This document shows, piece by piece, positions 11,203 through 14,656 of a DNA stretch of 14,656 nt. This stretch comes from a virus. Taxonomy: Duplodnaviria > Heunggongvirae > Uroviricota > Caudoviricetes. The first letter of the stretch is position 1; the number at the start of each line of letters is the position of its first letter. The translations under genes were made by a program, and so were the position numbers. The DNA lies in IMG/VR virus record IMGVR_UViG_2713896903_000001. One strand, written 5' to 3'. The notes beneath the pieces were generated by a model. That model ran no database searches, was not told where the DNA came from, and was given only the letters and a program-made list of their open reading frames with translations.

Positions 11203-11625
11203 ATGTTTCTGAAAACCGAATCATTTGAACATAACGGCGTGACCGTCACGCTTTCTGAACTGTCAGCCCTGCAGCGCATTGAGCATCTCGCCCTGATGAA
11301 ACGGCAGGCAGAACAGGCGGAGTCAGACAGTAACCGGAAGTTTACTGTGGAAGACGTCATCAGAACCGGTGCTTTTGTGGTGGCGATGTCCCTGTGGCAT
11401 AACCATCCGAAGAAGACGCAGATGCCGTCCATGAATGAAGCCGTTAAACAGATTGAGCAGGAGGTGCTCACCACCTGGCCCACAGAGGCGATTTCTCATG
11501 CTGAAAACGTGGTGTACCGGCTGTCCGGTATGTATGAGTTTGTGGTGAATGATGCCCCTGAACAGGCAGAGGACGCCGGGCCTGCAGAGCCTGTTTCTGC
11601 GGGAAAGTGTTCGACGGTGAGCTGA
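11203..11625 (+). CDS. G: Tail assembly chaperone gpG
   Basis: 140-aa ORF MFLKTESFEHNGVTVTLSELSALQRIEHLALMKRQAEQAESDSNRKFTVEDVIRTGAFVVAMSLWHNHPKK... matching lambda gpG as remembered; ends ...PVSAGKCSTVS*. Confidence 0.95.
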   Translation: MFLKTESFEHNGVTVTLSELSALQRIEHLALMKRQAEQAESDSNRKFTVEDVIRTGAFVVAMSLWHNHPKKTQMPSMNEAVKQIEQEVLTTWPTEAISHAENVVYRLSGMYEFVVNDAPEQAEDAGPAEPVSAGKCSTVS

Positions 11626-12032
11626 GTTTTGCCCTGAAACTGGCGCGTGAGATGGGGCGACCCGACTGGCGTGCCATGCTTGCCGGGATGTCATCCACGG
11701 AGTATGCCGACTGGCACTGCTTTTACAGTACCCATTATTTTCATGATGTTCTGCTGGATATGCACTTTTCCGGGCTGACGTACACCGTGCTCAGCCTGTT
11801 TTTCAGCGATCCGGATATGCATCCGCTGGATTTCAGTCTGCTGAACCGGCGCGGGGCTGACGAAGAGCCTGAAGATGATGTGCTGATGCAGAAAGCGGCA
11901 GGGCTTGCCGGAGGTGTTCGTTTTGGTCCGGACGGGAATGAAGTTATCCCCGCTTCCCCGGACATGACGGAGGATGACGCAATGCTGATGACAGTATCAG
12001 AAGGGATCGCAGGAGGAGTCCGGTATGGCTGA
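11203..12032 (+). CDS. T: Tail assembly chaperone gpG-T fusion (made by -1 frameshift at 11601..11607; T frame 11607..12032)
   Basis: The T frame has no independent start with a ribosome-binding site and overlaps the G 3' end in the -1 frame, exactly as in lambda, where T is expressed only as the G-T fusion; it sits immediately upstream of the tape-measure gene, the conserved chaperone/tape-measure arrangement in siphophages. Confidence 0.88.
11601..11607 (+). other. Programmed -1 ribosomal frameshift slippery heptamer G_GGA_AAG (G to G-T fusion)
   Basis: GGGAAAG at 11601..11607 lies in the G frame as G GGA AAG, 18 nt before the G stop. After a -1 slip the reading frame continues as VFDGELSFALKLAREMG..., which is the T ORF in the ORF track (11607..12032). 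Confidence 0.9.
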
Positions 12033-14604
12033 ACCGGTAGGCGATCTGGTCGTTGATTTAAGTCTGGATGCAGCCAGATTTGACGAGCAGATGGCCAGAG
12101 TCAGGCGTCATTTTTCCGGTACGGAAAGTGATGCGAAAAAAACAGCGGCAGTTGTTGAGCAGTCGATGAGCCGACAGGCGCTGGCTGCACAGAAAGCGGG
12201 GATTTCCGTCGGGCAGTATAAAGCCGCCATGCGTATGCTGCCTGCGCAGTTCACCGACGTGGCCACGCAGCTTGCAGGCGGGCAGAACCCGTGGCTGATC
12301 CTGCTGCAACAGGGTGGTCAGGTGAAGGACTCTTTCGGCGGTCTGATCCCCATGTTCAGGGGGCTTGCCGGTGCAGTCACCCTGCCGATGGTGGGGCTCA
12401 CTTCGCTGGCAGTTGCCACCGGAGCGCTGGCGTATGCCTGGTATCAGGGGGACTCAACCCTGTCCAGTTTCAATAAAACGCTGGTCCTTTCCGGTAATCA
12501 GGCAGGACTGACGGCAGATCGTATGCTGGTCCTGTCCAGAGCCGGGCAGGCGGCAGGGCTGACGTTTAACCAGACCAGCGAGTCACTCAGCGCACTGGTT
12601 AAGGCGGGAGTAAGCGGTGAGGCTCAGATTGCATCCATCAGCCAGAGTGTGGCGCGTTTTTCCTCCGTATCCGGCGTGGAGGTGGACAAGGTCGCTGAAG
12701 CCTTCGGGAAGCTGACCACTGACCCGACGTCGGGGCTGACGGCGATGGCGCGCCAGTTCCATAACGTGACGGCGGAGCAGATTGCGTATGTTGCTCAGTT
12801 GCAGCGTTCCGGCGATGAAGCCGGGGCATTGCAGGCGGCGAACGAGGCCGCAACGAAAGGGTTTGATGACCAGACCCGCCGCCTGAAAGAGAACATGGGC
12901 ACGCTGGAGACCTGGGCAGACAGGACAGCACGGGCATTTAAATCCATGTGGGATTCGGTGCTGGATATTGGTCGCCCGGACACTGCCCAGGAAATGCTGG
13001 AGAAAGCAGAAAAGGCTTTTGATGAAGCGGACAAGAAATGGCAGTGGTATCAGAGCCGGAGCCACCGGCGTGGTAAAACCTCAGCATTTCTTGCCAATCT
13101 CCGTGGCGCATGGGAGGACAGGGCGAATGCGCAACTTGGTCTTTCAGCCGCCACATTGCAGGCAGATCTTGAAAAGGCCAGTGAGATGGCAGCAAAAGAT
13201 CGTGCTGAGTCTGAGGCATCACGGCTGAAATATACCGAAGAGGCGCAGAAGGCTTACGAACGTCTGCAGACTCCGCTGGAGAAATATACCGCCCGTCAGG
13301 AAGAACTGAACAAGGCACTGAAAGACGGAAAAATCCTGCAGGCAGATTACAACACGCTGATGGCGGCAGCGAAAAAGGATTATGAAGCGACGCTGAAAAA
13401 GCCAAAGCAGTCCGGCGTGAAGGTGTCTGCAGGCGATCGCCAGGAAGACAGTGCTCATGCTGCCCTGCTGACGCTTCAGGCAGAACTCCGGACGCTGGAG
13501 AAGCATGCCGGAGCGAATGAGAAAATCAGCCAGCAGCGCCGGGATTTGTGGAAGGCAGAAAGTCAGTTCGCGGTACTGGAGGAGGCGGCACAACGTCGCC
13601 AGCTGTCCGCACAGGAGAAATCCCTGCTGGCGCATAAAGATGAGACGCTGGAGTACAAACGCCAGCTGGCTGCACTTGGCGATAAGGTCACGTATCAGGA
13701 GCACCTGAACGCGCTGGCGCAGCAGGCGGATAAATTCGCACAGCAACAACGGGCAAAACGGGCAGCCATTGAGGCGAAAAACCGGGGGCTGACTGACCGG
13801 CAGGCAGCGCGGGACGCCACGGAACAGCGCCTGAAGGAACAGTATGGCGATAATCCGCTGGCGCTGAATAACGTCATGTCAGAGCAGAAAAAGACCTGGG
13901 CGGCTGAAGACCAGCTTCGCGGGAGCTGGATGGCAGGCCTGAAGTCCGGCTGGAGCGAGTGGAAAGAGAGTGCCACGGACAGTATGTCGCAGGTTAAAAG
14001 TGCTGCCACGCAGACCTTTGATGGTATTGCACAGAATATGGCGGCGATGCTGACCGGCAGTGAGCAGAACTGGCGCAGCTTCACCCGTTCCGTGCTGTCC
14101 ATGATGACAGAAATTCTGCTTAAGCAGGCAATGGTGGGGATTGTCGGGAGTATCGGCAGCGCCATTGGCGGAGCTGTTGGTGGCGGCGCATCAGCGTCAG
14201 GCGGTACAGCCATTCAGGCTGCTGCGGCGAAATTCCATTTTGCGACTGGAGGTTTTACGGGGACCGGCGGCAAATATGAGCCAGCGGGGATTGTCCACCG
14301 TGGTGAATTTGTCTTCACGAAGGAGGCAACCAGCCGGATTGGCGTGGGGAATCTCTACCGGCTGATGCGCGGCTATGCCACCGGTGGTTATGTCGGTGGC
14401 ACCGGAAGTCCGGCGCAAATGCGGCGTTCAGAGGGTATCAGGTTTGAGCAGAACAACAACGTGGTGATTAACAACGACGGTACGAATGGTCTGCCAGGTC
14501 CACAGATGATGAAGGCGGTGTATGACATGGCCCGCAAGGGTGCCCGTGATGAAATCCAGGCACAGATGCGTGATGGTGGCCTGTTCTCCGGAGGTGGACG
14601 ATGA
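12025..14604 (+). CDS. H: Tail tape-measure protein gpH (859 aa)
   Basis: ORF begins MAEPVGDLVVDLSLDAARFDEQMARVRRHFSGTESDAKKTAAVVEQSMSRQALAAQKAGISVGQYKAAMRMLPAQFTDVATQLAGG... and ends ...KAVYDMARKGARDEIQAQMRDGGLFSGGGR*, matching lambda gpH as remembered at both ends; long alpha-helical, Ala/Gln/Glu-rich middle and a hydrophobic segment near the N-terminus are typical of tape-measure proteins; ATGA overlap with M. Confidence 0.95.
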   Translation: MAEPVGDLVVDLSLDAARFDEQMARVRRHFSGTESDAKKTAAVVEQSMSRQALAAQKAGISVGQYKAAMRMLPAQFTDVATQLAGGQNPWLILLQQGGQVKDSFGGLIPMFRGLAGAVTLPMVGLTSLAVATGALAYAWYQGDSTLSSFNKTLVLSGNQAGLTADRMLVLSRAGQAAGLTFNQTSESLSALVKAGVSGEAQIASISQSVARFSSVSGVEVDKVAEAFGKLTTDPTSGLTAMARQFHNVTAEQIAYVAQLQRSGDEAGALQAANEAATKGFDDQTRRLKENMGTLETWADRTARAFKSMWDSVLDIGRPDTAQEMLEKAEKAFDEADKKWQWYQSRSHRRGKTSAFLANLRGAWEDRANAQLGLSAATLQADLEKASEMAAKDRAESEASRLKYTEEAQKAYERLQTPLEKYTARQEELNKALKDGKILQADYNTLMAAAKKDYEATLKKPKQSGVKVSAGDRQEDSAHAALLTLQAELRTLEKHAGANEKISQQRRDLWKAESQFAVLEEAAQRRQLSAQEKSLLAHKDETLEYKRQLAALGDKVTYQEHLNALAQQADKFAQQQRAKRAAIEAKNRGLTDRQAARDATEQRLKEQYGDNPLALNNVMSEQKKTWAAEDQLRGSWMAGLKSGWSEWKESATDSMSQVKSAATQTFDGIAQNMAAMLTGSEQNWRSFTRSVLSMMTEILLKQAMVGIVGSIGSAIGGAVGGGASASGGTAIQAAAAKFHFATGGFTGTGGKYEPAGIVHRGEFVFTKEATSRIGVGNLYRLMRGYATGGYVGGTGSPAQMRRSEGIRFEQNNNVVINNDGTNGLPGPQMMKAVYDMARKGARDEIQAQMRDGGLFSGGGR

Positions 14605-14656
14605 AGACCTTCCGCTGGAAAGTGAAACCCGGCATGGATGTGGCTTCGGCCCCTTC
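14601..14656 (+). CDS. M: Tail tip assembly protein gpM, 5' partial
   Basis: ATG at 14601 overlaps the H stop (ATGA); translation MKTFRWKVKPGMDVASAP matches the lambda gpM N-terminus as remembered; continues beyond the window end. Confidence 0.85.
   Translation, partial: MKTFRWKVKPGMDVASAP

Overview
This window is the left-arm morphogenesis module of a lambda-like (lambdoid) siphophage or prophage, colinear with phage lambda and entirely on the + strand. It runs from the 3' ends of the lysis genes Rz/Rz1 (1..200), through a visibly AT-rich accessory ('moron') region (about 201..1490), the cos site (cosN about 1496..1507, cosB R sites 1548..1661), and then nu1-A-W-B-C/nu3-D-E-FI-FII-Z-U-V-G/G-T-H to the first codons of M (14601..14656). 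Identifications rest on ORF translations matching lambda proteins as I remember them, and on gene order, overlaps and sizes; no database search was run. The only non-lambda cargo is in the AT-rich region, where lambda carries bor on the opposite strand: here there is a 104-aa + strand ORF with a PerC/Pch-like motif (667..981) followed by a hairpin terminator. Other points worth checking are a cosN whose right half differs from the canonical lambda 12-mer, a C7 tract in the cosB spacer, a replaced ~70-residue segment in the middle of the tape-measure protein H, and two overlapping small ORFs upstream of cos. I do not see evidence for a wholly new multi-gene system; most of the window is an ordinary, well-characterised structural operon. 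I see no tRNA genes or CRISPR arrays.
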